From IMG/VR virus record IMGVR_UViG_3300044644_001125, positions 1-64,000 of that record: a stretch of DNA of 64,000 nucleotides. One strand, written 5' to 3'. Both the position numbers and the translations under genes were made by a program. Below, in pieces: positions 40,279-48,948 of this stretch. Under the pieces are notes generated by a model. That model saw only the letters and a list, made by a program, of their open reading frames with translations. It was not told the DNA's origin and did not search any database. How positions within the stretch are numbered: position 1 is the stretch's first letter; the number at the start of each line of letters is the position of its first letter.

Positions 40279-41040
40279 TGCGAATTCTTAATTGATGATG
40301 AAACGTTAATTAATTCGGTTAAATTGGCAGAACTAAAGGGTGTAGATCCGCTATTGACGATGGGGCAAATGCGTTGGTATAAAGAAATCAATCCATTGTC
40401 AACCTATCTAGTATCACTAGACCCAAGTTTGGGAACAGGCGGTGACTTTGCTGCTATGCAAGTATTTGAAATGCCTAGTATGGAACAAGTGGGTGAATGG
40501 CGACACAATACCACACCTGTTCAAACGCAGATAAGGCATTTGAGGGATATCTTAAAACACATCCATGATAGTGGTATTGAAAAATCTGGGTTTGCTCCAA
40601 CTACATATTACAGTATGGAGAATAATACACTAGGTGAAGCAGCCCTAATCGTTATTGAGAGTATTGGTGAGGAGAACTTTCATGGGTTATTCCTGTCAGA
40701 ACCGATTAAGAAAGGGCATATCAGGAAGTTCCGTAAAGGGTTTAATACCACACATAGAACAAAAGTTACTGCATGTAGTCAGTTTAAAAACTTATTAGAA
40801 ACTGGTAAGATGAAGATTAACTCTAAAGTTCTAGTATCTGAGTTGAAAACTTATATCTCAAGGGGTGTTGGGTTTGGTGCTAAATCAGGTGAGAATGACG
40901 ATTTGATTTCTGCAGTTCTTCTTATTATAAGAATGGCAACTGTATTATCTGATTGGGATCCATCGATATATGATAAGATGTCTGAGAAACTGACTGAAGA
41001 TCAGATGCCATTGCCTATCTTTATTAGTAGTGGATTCTAA
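39937..41040 (+). CDS. terL: Terminase large subunit, fragment 3 (IntC2 plus C-terminal nuclease domain)
   Basis: 114 aa intein C-part ending SSN, then CEFL, LDPSLGTGGDFAA, ENNTLG, GENDDL RNase H-like nuclease motifs. Confidence 0.93.
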   Translation: MMQTFKPNTKNLKVLTPDGFQPFSGVSMRGVKPIIRLTFEKDVWIECTPEHKFYISETEQKLASDFRIGDTILSSDGDLKLITSEDLGRTEPVYDLIEVANGHRFYANSLLSSNCEFLIDDETLINSVKLAELKGVDPLLTMGQMRWYKEINPLSTYLVSLDPSLGTGGDFAAMQVFEMPSMEQVGEWRHNTTPVQTQIRHLRDILKHIHDSGIEKSGFAPTTYYSMENNTLGEAALIVIESIGEENFHGLFLSEPIKKGHIRKFRKGFNTTHRTKVTACSQFKNLLETGKMKINSKVLVSELKTYISRGVGFGAKSGENDDLISAVLLIIRMATVLSDWDPSIYDKMSEKLTEDQMPLPIFISSGF

Positions 41041-41140
41041 AAGATAATCGAACCCAATAAACCCAAGGCTAAAAGATAATTGAAACCCACGTACCATAAG
41101 CTAAAAGATAATTGACCTACCATAAACTATTATCTTTTAG
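41037..41140. repeat. Array of the 12-bp motif: three copies at 32-bp period plus one inverted copy
   Basis: CTAAAAGATAAT at 41037, 41069, 41101; ATTATCTTTTAG at 41129. Confidence 0.9.
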
Positions 41141-41161
41141 CTATAACCAAAAGGACAACTA

Positions 41162-41569
41162 ATGAGAGAAACAATAGACGAAATACACAACTTGAAATAC
41201 GAAGAACACGACAAGTTGAATGAAAATTCCATAGACGATGCAATCGTGTTCCTACAGCAATTGTTACCTGGTACTAAACAACCAACGGTAGAAGTTCAGT
41301 TTGATGGTGAGATTGAATTGTATTGGGCAAAAGATTACTTGGAATTACAGGTTGGGTTCTATGGAGATGGTACGTATTCGTTCTATGCGAAAAACAACAA
41401 ACTCGATGACACTATCTCAGGTGATAACATCCCAGTAAATATCATCAGTCAGCGAATCGTACCTTATATTAACCCAAGAAAGGTCTTTGGATTAGAGGGA
41501 TTAACTGACGAAGACATAAAACGACTAGAAGGCATCAGTCAACTGAATGACCAAAGTCCCACAGAATAG
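41162..41569 (+). CDS. Hypothetical protein
   Basis: 135 aa ORF with AAGGA RBS. Confidence 0.6.
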   Translation: MRETIDEIHNLKYEEHDKLNENSIDDAIVFLQQLLPGTKQPTVEVQFDGEIELYWAKDYLELQVGFYGDGTYSFYAKNNKLDDTISGDNIPVNIISQRIVPYINPRKVFGLEGLTDEDIKRLEGISQLNDQSPTE

Positions 41570-41583
41570 GCTAAATACCGATT

Positions 41584-43302
41584 ATGGATACACGAAATAA
41601 CATTGCAACAGATTTATTTTACAAAATACGAAGCAGATTCTCTGGTCTAAAATTAGGAACGGAATCTGGTGAGATAACTATTATCCCAGAGGATGCACGT
41701 TTCTTCGATTTTGATTATATGGAAGGTGAAACCGCTATTGGTCATGTGAGTATTAGTTTGGCTGAACAGAATTCCATGAAGGTATATTTCTCACATGGAA
41801 TTACCGAAACCATGGATACAAATCAAAAGAACAACTGGTATGGGTTTTTAAAGGAGTTAAGGATATTTGCAAAACGCAGGCTGTTAAACTTCGATCCTAG
41901 AGACATTGCCAAAGACAACCTAGATCAAAGAGACTATTCGTTCTTGAGCCAAAATGCAAAATCTGCAACACCAGCACCAATTGGAGAAAGTATAATGAGT
42001 GAAAGTAACCTTTATGGTACTAAAAACGTAAGCTATCAGAAGTTGATGGATACACGATTAATTATCAAGCACAGTAAAACCTTGAATGATGATATGGCAC
42101 CTGGGTCTCGTTCACGCAACATCTCAGCTTTATTCGTAGAGAATAGTGATGGTGAAAGATTCAAATACCCATTCAAACACTTGGCTGGTGCTAGAGCTAT
42201 GCAACGACATGTTGCTAATGGTGGTTTGCCTTATGATGAACTTGGTAAATCTATTACTGGTATGAGTGAAGAAATTGCACAGTTGAAAAGTTTTGGTAAC
42301 TATGTTGTTAGAAACGATTTGATGAATTCAGATACTAATAATATGGTTGAACGTAGTACTGCCCAATTGGACCATCTACGCGAAACTTTACACAAATTAG
42401 CAAAACAACACCACTACGAATCATACAAAGAAAACTTCAAAGCTGCCGCACCAATGGAAATGCCGCAATCTGTAGTTGAAGAATATAAAGATAAGTTCAC
42501 TGTACGTAACTTCAAAGAAGATATCGCATCTGTGTTTCCCGTTATCTATAGATTGATGCAAGAAAACGGCATCGAGTATTCTGATATTGTTAACATGACT
42601 TCTTCAGATGAACCCGTTTCTGAAGAAATCTCGGTTATTGACCCAATGACTAAATTTGAACAATGGGCTATGAACTTAGGTGAAGAAGATGCTATTGTTA
42701 GTTCAGACCCAGAAAATCAAAAGTCTGCTATTGCTGAACTACAAGACTTAGTTAAAGAACCTTTACCTGCTGGTGTCGATGGGTTGAATGCCATTGAAAG
42801 CCTAAAAGGTATTATCGATGAACCCGCTTTGAATAGAGCAATCGTTAAATCTGCTAACGAAGATCCTGAAAAATGCGTGATTCCTTTGATTCACTCTTTC
42901 TTGCAACAACGTGCACCTGAAGTAGTTGATCAAATCGATTGGGAACATGGTCATGAATCGGAACATTCTGATACTGGTGAAACTGAAGTTGAAAAACTTG
43001 AGAAAGAAGACGTAGCCTCTGAATGCGGTGATTCCGATGAAGAAGAACGTGGTCACGGTAACGTAGATATGAATGAACTATTCGAATACGTTAAATCTTT
43101 CTACGACCACATGGAAAACAAATTCCCATTAGGTCCAGAAAAAGTAACCATCATGGTTGGTAAGAAGTTCGGTGAATCAGCAGCCAATGCAGTTAAGAAA
43201 CTAATTGAACGTATGGCTCCTGAACAAGCTAGTGTTGGTATTCACGCTGCCCCTGAAGAATCTTCTGAAATCGCTCGCTTTAAACAGTTAGCTGGAATTT
43301 AA
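41584..43302 (+). CDS. Large putative head-associated virion protein
   Basis: CTAAATA at 41571-41577; acidic central/C-terminal region; ends RFKQLAGI like the scaffold (RRLAGLSA); no gp20 portal motifs seen. Confidence 0.55.
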   Translation: MDTRNNIATDLFYKIRSRFSGLKLGTESGEITIIPEDARFFDFDYMEGETAIGHVSISLAEQNSMKVYFSHGITETMDTNQKNNWYGFLKELRIFAKRRLLNFDPRDIAKDNLDQRDYSFLSQNAKSATPAPIGESIMSESNLYGTKNVSYQKLMDTRLIIKHSKTLNDDMAPGSRSRNISALFVENSDGERFKYPFKHLAGARAMQRHVANGGLPYDELGKSITGMSEEIAQLKSFGNYVVRNDLMNSDTNNMVERSTAQLDHLRETLHKLAKQHHYESYKENFKAAAPMEMPQSVVEEYKDKFTVRNFKEDIASVFPVIYRLMQENGIEYSDIVNMTSSDEPVSEEISVIDPMTKFEQWAMNLGEEDAIVSSDPENQKSAIAELQDLVKEPLPAGVDGLNAIESLKGIIDEPALNRAIVKSANEDPEKCVIPLIHSFLQQRAPEVVDQIDWEHGHESEHSDTGETEVEKLEKEDVASECGDSDEEERGHGNVDMNELFEYVKSFYDHMENKFPLGPEKVTIMVGKKFGESAANAVKKLIERMAPEQASVGIHAAPEESSEIARFKQLAGI

Positions 43303-43357
43303 AGGTTGACTTTGTACCCTTTGGTTTATAAGATTGAAGGGTACTTGGAGAGCTACT

Positions 43358-43672
43358 ATGACCTTAACTGAAATATTCAATTTAGATCCACCCGAAGATG
43401 AATGGGATTTACCACAGATCGAATTCGTCATGTTTGAAATCGGTTCTGGTAAGTTGTACATCTCAAGTAAAATAGCAGGTCGGGTATGTGCAGTTCAGTA
43501 CTTAATTGATGACAATAATATACGTATTGAATACCCATTTTCAGATGTAGAAGGTAAGTTAGCTGATTTCTTAGTTAAAAATCGATCTGCTATCCTAGAG
43601 TTTTGGGAATGTGGTGGTTCGTTTATGTTATGTGAGTTGGTTAATTTCGTTGAGAATCGATTTACGGATTGA
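43358..43672 (+). CDS. Hypothetical protein
   Basis: ATG at 43358 after GGAG; TTGACT-17-TAAGAT at 43306-43334. Confidence 0.55.
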   Translation: MTLTEIFNLDPPEDEWDLPQIEFVMFEIGSGKLYISSKIAGRVCAVQYLIDDNNIRIEYPFSDVEGKLADFLVKNRSAILEFWECGGSFMLCELVNFVENRFTD

Positions 43673-43734
43673 TTAATTGATGCACCGATTGATGCACCGA
43701 TTGGTTAGACCGGTGCATGCTGGATGCTTATCTT

Positions 43735-44740
43735 TTAGAGCAGTTCTTGAATAGATGCCCAAGAAAGTTGATGCTTGGTCAATATATGAATAATAACATT
43801 ATTATCTTTCATAGCTTGATTGATCTTAGGGATATCTTTAGGTATAATCCAATCGTTCTTTGGATCTAAGTAAATATCTTGATCGGGTAAGTAAAAGTCA
43901 GCAAAATACTTTTTCTTTAATCCATTAAGGACGTAATACATGTAAGGTGGTCTTGTCAACGGAATACCATGATCATCCAAATCTTTGGCAACTCGATACT
44001 CGTAAGAGGATTCTAACCAAACACGACCAGCGAATGGTGAATCATACCAACCATACGCGTGGTTATTTTGATTACCACCGAAGTTTGGATTATTAGTTGC
44101 AGTTCTTGATATAATCGCTCTAGCGCATTTAGTAGAACACGTGGATCTCTCGGTCGTATTGTGAAACCATTTACCACATTCTTTACATTGCGACACCTTA
44201 GAATATGGTGGTTTAGTTGGACGATTATATGAAGATTTTTTAGTTTTGGTGGTATTACTACTTTTTGCAGTACTATCACTTTCTGGCAATCTCACACCCA
44301 TAGCTGTTTTTGCACAAGTATCAGAACAAGTTAACCGTTTTCCAGTCTTAGGAAACCATTTACCGCATACTTTGCACTGCGATACTAGGGTATACGGTCC
44401 TTGTTGAGTAATTGTCCTTTAATGACGAACTCGTTTCAATACCAACCGAGTTTCTAGGAGTACGGAATTTGTTATTAACGGTGGCCGCACAACTAGATGA
44501 GCAGTATTTGTTGAAACTGGTACTAGTTTTCTTACCGCAGCATATGCAGCTTGATAGACTATCAATATGATCTTTTAATTCGGATACGTACATCTCCTTT
44601 TTAGAATAAATACAACAGCACAGTAGTTCAATACGACGATTGGTTGGTTTACCACTGTTTTGGTGCTTACGGAAGATATGATGCTTGAGCATTCTCTTGT
44701 TTGTGTATTGTCTACTGCAGGTTTCACATGTATGAATCAT
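43735..44740 (-). pseudogene. Frameshifted Zn-finger-repeat PD-(D/E)XK (TnsA-like) endonuclease
   Basis: ORFs 44360..44740 and 43735..44301 join by a +1 shift near 44418-44363; repeated CK.CGKWF...TCS..C units; ESSYE...YFADFYLP...YLDPKN. Confidence 0.65.
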
Positions 44741-44767
44741 AAGTTTTAAATTAAAGTTGAGTTAATC

Positions 44768-44793
44768 GGTTGTGTATGGCCCCATACACAACC
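44768..44793. other. 12-bp inverted repeat next to a minus-strand late promoter
   Basis: GGTTGTGTATGG-CC-CCATACACAACC; ATAAATA on the minus strand at 44801-44795. Confidence 0.6.
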
Positions 44794-44899
44794 ATATTTA
44801 TGAACGGTTTTCATTATCTTTTAGCTAAATACCTAGTCTAAAAGATGATTTTCTCAAGGTGGTTTTCATTATCTTTTAGATAAATACAATATATGAAGT

Positions 44900-44974
44900 G
44901 CCGGTGTAGCTCAGTAGTAGAGCAGCTGTCTAGTAAACAGCAGGTCATGTGTGCAATCCACATTACCGGCTCCA
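44900..44974 (+). tRNA. tRNA-Thr (anticodon AGT), CCA encoded
   Basis: Acceptor GCCGGTG/TACCGGC, D stem GCTC/GAGC, anticodon stem GCTGT/ACAGC with loop CT-AGT-AA, T stem ATGTG/CACAT, ends TCCA. Confidence 0.9.
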
Positions 44975-45075
44975 GATATAAATCAATGACTTACGACTAA
45001 AAGATAATAGTTCCCTAAAGCTAATCAATAGGTAACCTGTTCGAATCAAACATAAAGCAATACATAAAATAAACC

Positions 45076-45104
45076 TTGACATACTAAAACAAAACACATA
45101 TACT
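45076..45104 (+). promoter_or_regulatory. Sigma70-type early promoter
   Basis: TTGACA (45076-45081), 17 bp, TATACT (45099-45104). Confidence 0.88.
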
Positions 45105-45146
45105 TAACAAATGCAGTAACCCTTCAATAACTTAAGAGGTAGTAAA

Positions 45147-45317
45147 ATGGAAGATTTAAAATCAATGTCAGCACAAGAACTTTTCGATTTGTATTACACC
45201 AAATCATGGGAATTAGTAAAAGCAATTCACTCTATCAAAGATGAACTTCCTGAAGAAATCACGTCTATTGCAGCTTTAATGATCGATGCAAATGATCAAC
45301 GATTATCGTTAGATTAA
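45147..45317 (+). CDS. Small hypothetical early protein (56 aa, MEDLKSMSAQELF...), not in ORF track
   Basis: GAGG RBS, its own consensus promoter, open to TAA at 45317. Confidence 0.7.
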   Translation: MEDLKSMSAQELFDLYYTKSWELVKAIHSIKDELPEEITSIAALMIDANDQRLSLD

Positions 45318-45319
45318 TA

Positions 45320-45348
45320 TTGACAAACTAAAACACTTACTTTATACT
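45320..45348 (+). promoter_or_regulatory. Sigma70-type promoter for the gp32-like gene
   Basis: TTGACA (45320-45325), 17 bp, TATACT (45343-45348). Confidence 0.88.
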
Positions 45349-45488
45349 AAACACTCTGGGCTAAGAAACCCTTAGCCCAAACTTTCAAAAGCAACCTAGG
45401 ACGGCAATATGATTTAGATATATACTTACAACAGAGTTACAATTCACAAGAGCAGTACAAACTTTTTACTTTTTATAGGAATACAAAA

Positions 45489-46499
45489 ATGGCATCTTTA
45501 GCTGAAATCCGCGCAAAACTTCAAGCATCACAAAACAACCAATCTAACAGTGGTTCTAATGGCGAACCAAGCGTTATCTATCCACACTGGAACATTACCG
45601 ATGGTAATGAAACAACAATCCGATTCTTACCGGATGCAGACACAACCAATGATTTCTTCTGGGTTGAAAAACAAATGATTAGACTTCCCTTCGCTGGCAT
45701 TAAAGGCGAGGCAGATTCACGTCCAGTTGTTGTTCAAGTTCCATGTATTGAGATGTATGATGCAAAAGCATACTGCCCAATTTTAACCGAGGTTCGTGGT
45801 TGGTTCAAAGACAAATCATTAGAAGAAATGGGTCGTAAGTATTGGAAAAAACGTACGTTCTTAGCACAAGGATTTGTTGTTGAAGATGGCTTGAAAGAAG
45901 AAAACCCACCTGAAAACAAAATCCGTAGATTCATTATCAGTCCACAAATCTTTGGTTTGATTAAATCTGCCTTATTAGATCCAGAGTTAGATGAATTACC
46001 AACTGATTACTTACGCGGTCTTGACTTCCGTATTTGCAAAACCTCAAAAGGTGGATTTGCTGATTACTCAACTTCTAAATGGAGCCGTCGTGAACGTGCT
46101 TTAAATGAAGAAGAATTGCAAGCAATTGCTGACCATGGGTTATTCAACTTAGCTGACTTCTTACCTAAACGTCCTGGTGAAGTTGAGTTGAAAGTTATTA
46201 AAGAAATGTTTGAAGCATCTGTTGTTGGTGAAGCCTATGATGTTGAAAGATGGGGTCAATACTATCGTCCAAATGGAATTCAAGCACCTACTACAGAAAC
46301 TCGTGTAGTTGCTGCACCTGCGGCATCAGTTGCTGATTCTGTTGTTTCTGCTCCTTTATCATCAGCTGATGATTTACCATGGGAAACTCCTGCAGCACCT
46401 TCTTATGCAACACCAGCGGTTGCACCTGAAACATCTGCTGAAGGCGCAAGTCGTGCACAAGACATTCTTAAAATGATTCGTGACCGTCAAACGGCTTAA
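45489..46499 (+). CDS. gp32: Single-stranded DNA-binding protein (T4 gp32-like)
   Basis: IRFLPD, FFWVE, V.VPC.EMY...CPIL.EVR.WFKD, GRKYWKKR, GGFADYSTSKW motifs. Confidence 0.93.
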   Translation: MASLAEIRAKLQASQNNQSNSGSNGEPSVIYPHWNITDGNETTIRFLPDADTTNDFFWVEKQMIRLPFAGIKGEADSRPVVVQVPCIEMYDAKAYCPILTEVRGWFKDKSLEEMGRKYWKKRTFLAQGFVVEDGLKEENPPENKIRRFIISPQIFGLIKSALLDPELDELPTDYLRGLDFRICKTSKGGFADYSTSKWSRRERALNEEELQAIADHGLFNLADFLPKRPGEVELKVIKEMFEASVVGEAYDVERWGQYYRPNGIQAPTTETRVVAAPAASVADSVVSAPLSSADDLPWETPAAPSYATPAVAPETSAEGASRAQDILKMIRDRQTA

Positions 46500-46509
46500 T
46501 CAGTAGTAT

Positions 46510-46544
46510 AGGGTGTGCAGGGTAATTCCTGTACACCCTTTTTT
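46510..46544 (+). terminator. Rho-independent terminator
   Basis: AGGGTGTGCAGG-GTAATT-CCTGTACACCCT followed by TTTTT. Confidence 0.85.
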
Positions 46545-46563
46545 CGTTTATAGAGGAGAGGTA

Positions 46564-48060
46564 ATGAAAGCATTTGACGTAAGTAAATTTCGTAAAACAT
46601 TAACCAAGTCTATCGAAGGTCTTGGTGTTGGTTTCAATGACCCAACTGATTGGATTAGTTGTGGTAACTATGCACTTAACTATTTGATTAGTGGTGATTT
46701 CAATAAAGGTATTCCATTAGGTAAGGTTACAGTCTTTGCCGGGGAATCTGGTTGCTTACCAGCATTGGCTAAGGTCGATGTCAAGTACACAATTGATGAT
46801 GTTGAGGTTGCTGAAACGGTGACAGTTTCTAAACTTCGTGAATTGGTTCATGATTCAGCTGTTGAAAAATTAAAAATTTCAACACCAGATGATTATCAAC
46901 TCGTTGGCCAGTGGTTCGACAAAGGGTCATTAGCTGTTGTTCGTATTTCAACTGCTACTAGAAGTGCAGAATCAGCAACAAGCCACTTGTATCAGTTGGA
47001 AGATGGTGAATGGGTTGCTGCTGGAGCATTGACCATCGGTGATTCGGTGATGACAGTTGATGGTGCTGAAGAAATCGTTAGTAAAGAATTCTTGGCAGAT
47101 GCTGAGTGTTACGATTTCGAGGTGTTACATCCAAACCACCGTTATTGGAGTGATGGTTTCTCAAGTCACAACAGTGGAAAGTCATATATTTGTTCAGGTA
47201 ACATTGTTAAAAATGCACAGGAACAAGGTATCTTTGTTGTATTGATTGATACAGAAAACGCGTTGGATGAGGCATGGCTTCATGCGTTGGGTGTTGATAC
47301 GGCTGAAGATAAACTTATGCGTTTAAGTATGTCGATGATTGATGACGTAGCTAAGACTATTTCTGAATTCATGAAAGAAATTAAAGGAATGGATGAAGCA
47401 GATAGACCTAAAGTCCTGTTTGTAATTGACTCACTTGGTATGCTACTAACGCCAGTTGACGTGAACCAATTCGATAGTGGTGATCTCAAAGGTGATATGG
47501 GTCGTAAACCAAAAGCATTAATGGCATTAGTTCGTAATAGTGTTAATTTGTTTGGTAATTATAACGTCGGTATGGTGTGTACTAACCACACATATGACTC
47601 TCAAGACCCCTACAATCCTGATCCGCGTATAAGTGGGGGTTCGGGTTTTGTGTTTGCTTCAAGTATTGTTGTGGCAATGAAGAAGCTGAAACTAAAAGAG
47701 GATGAAGACGGTGCAAAAACCAAAACTGTCCAGGGTATTCGTTCTGGTTGTAAGATCATGAAAACTCGTTACGCTCAACCATTCACTGACATCGAAGTTC
47801 AAATTCCATACAATGAAGGTATGAGTTTATATAGCGGCATGTTTAGCTTACTGGAAGGTAAGAATCTTATAACTAAGGATGGAAATAGATACTGCTACGT
47901 TGATACTGCTGGAGTTACACATAAGTATTTCCGTAAAGAGTGGAATCGCAATGAGAATGGCATTTTGGATTTAGTTATCTCGGAATTTGCCAAAAAAGTT
48001 GAAGCAGTAGAAGTTGCTGCAGAATTGGCAGATGATTTTATTGAAGAGGATCTCGATTAG
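46564..48060 (+). CDS. uvsX: RecA-like recombinase UvsX with mini-intein
   Basis: ATG at 46564 after AGGAG; GIPLGKVTVFAGESG|SGKS Walker A; LIDTENALD, VLFVIDSLG, GDMGRK, KTRY. Confidence 0.93.
   Translation: MKAFDVSKFRKTLTKSIEGLGVGFNDPTDWISCGNYALNYLISGDFNKGIPLGKVTVFAGESGCLPALAKVDVKYTIDDVEVAETVTVSKLRELVHDSAVEKLKISTPDDYQLVGQWFDKGSLAVVRISTATRSAESATSHLYQLEDGEWVAAGALTIGDSVMTVDGAEEIVSKEFLADAECYDFEVLHPNHRYWSDGFSSHNSGKSYICSGNIVKNAQEQGIFVVLIDTENALDEAWLHALGVDTAEDKLMRLSMSMIDDVAKTISEFMKEIKGMDEADRPKVLFVIDSLGMLLTPVDVNQFDSGDLKGDMGRKPKALMALVRNSVNLFGNYNVGMVCTNHTYDSQDPYNPDPRISGGSGFVFASSIVVAMKKLKLKEDEDGAKTKTVQGIRSGCKIMKTRYAQPFTDIEVQIPYNEGMSLYSGMFSLLEGKNLITKDGNRYCYVDTAGVTHKYFRKEWNRNENGILDLVISEFAKKVEAVEVAAELADDFIEEDLD
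46753..47172 (+). mobile_element. Mini-intein (140 aa) in the UvsX Walker A
   Basis: Starts CLPA, block F CYDFEV, ends SSHN followed by Ser; no endonuclease domain. Confidence 0.9.
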
Positions 48061-48069
48061 TTCGTACCA

Positions 48070-48100
48070 AAAAACCCGTCTTTTTACGAGGCGGGTTTTT
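48070..48100 (+). terminator. Probable terminator after uvsX
   Basis: AAAAACCCGTCT ... AGGCGGGTTTTT hairpin. Confidence 0.75.
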
Positions 48101-48152
48101 CAAAATGATACATAAGGTCAGTTAACATTTTTAATTAAGGAGAAAACAACCC

Positions 48153-48368
48153 ATGAAAGAAGCATTAATCACTGACATTTGGACTGTATTAGTTGAGCAC
48201 TTATCAGAAAGGCAACGCAAGAATGCGGCAGTTGAGTATGTAAATGTATTACAAGACCACGGGATTAAAGAAACGACGTTAGAAAGTTTAGTGGGTGTAG
48301 ACCCATACTTAGACTTTGCATTAGAAGCAGTTATGGATGACGAAGACGAAGATTACGACGACGAATAA
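48153..48368 (+). CDS. Small acidic hypothetical protein
   Basis: 71 aa with AAGGAG RBS, between uvsX and uvsY. Confidence 0.7.
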   Translation: MKEALITDIWTVLVEHLSERQRKNAAVEYVNVLQDHGIKETTLESLVGVDPYLDFALEAVMDDEDEDYDDE

Positions 48369-48377
48369 GAGGCGGAA

Positions 48378-48836
48378 ATGACCAACTGGTATGACAAGGT
48401 TTCACGGGATATAACGAATGTTCCACACGCAATTACCCATTATCGGTCAGAATTAGGTTCTGCCAAGGTAGACGTTAAGATTTCTGGTAGTATTGAACGT
48501 GCGGCAGCTGCAATGCCAGGGATTGTTGAAACACGTTTTTGCCAGTTACAAGAGATTGAGGCTATATTGGAATACTTGAACATTTGTTTGAAGCAGATGA
48601 AAAGTCAACATTTCCAAAAGTATCTTGAAACATATCAACGTTCTTTGAGTAGTAGAGATTGTGATAGATATGTAGATGGAGAACAAGACGTGGTTGATTT
48701 TGAGATTTTAATCAATGACGTTGCCTTACTCAGAAATCAGTATCTTGGTGTTATCAAAGGATTGGATATTAAGCAATGGCAGTTATCCAATATTGTTAAG
48801 TTAAGAACTGCTGGATTGGATGATGCGTCTATCTAA
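48378..48836 (+). CDS. uvsY: Recombination mediator UvsY
   Basis: QLQEIEAILEYL, F.KYLE.Y.R.LS, YVDGE, RNQYLGVIKGLD.KQWQL; downstream of uvsX. Confidence 0.85.
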   Translation: MTNWYDKVSRDITNVPHAITHYRSELGSAKVDVKISGSIERAAAAMPGIVETRFCQLQEIEAILEYLNICLKQMKSQHFQKYLETYQRSLSSRDCDRYVDGEQDVVDFEILINDVALLRNQYLGVIKGLDIKQWQLSNIVKLRTAGLDDASI

Positions 48837-48874
48837 AAGATAATTGATACACTTTGTATCCACCATTGACACGG

Positions 48875-48899
48875 AAGCCCACTCTCGAGTGGGCTTTTT
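48875..48899 (+). terminator. Rho-independent terminator
   Basis: AAGCCCACT-CTCG-AGTGGGCTTTTT. Confidence 0.85.
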
Positions 48900-48948
48900 G
48901 TTACCTACAAATTTCAATAAATATAGGAAAAACTACGAGGTTACATCC

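Noticed and set aside
41037-41140. Mini-CRISPR array
   Set aside because: The repeat is only 12 bp, the spacers resemble one another, and the same 12-mer is dispersed widely in both orientations
41584-43302. Portal protein (gp20) because of size and position after the terminase
   Set aside because: None of the T4 gp20 motifs (RAPERR, YIDVGNLP, EDYWLPRREGG) is present; the portal is not in this window
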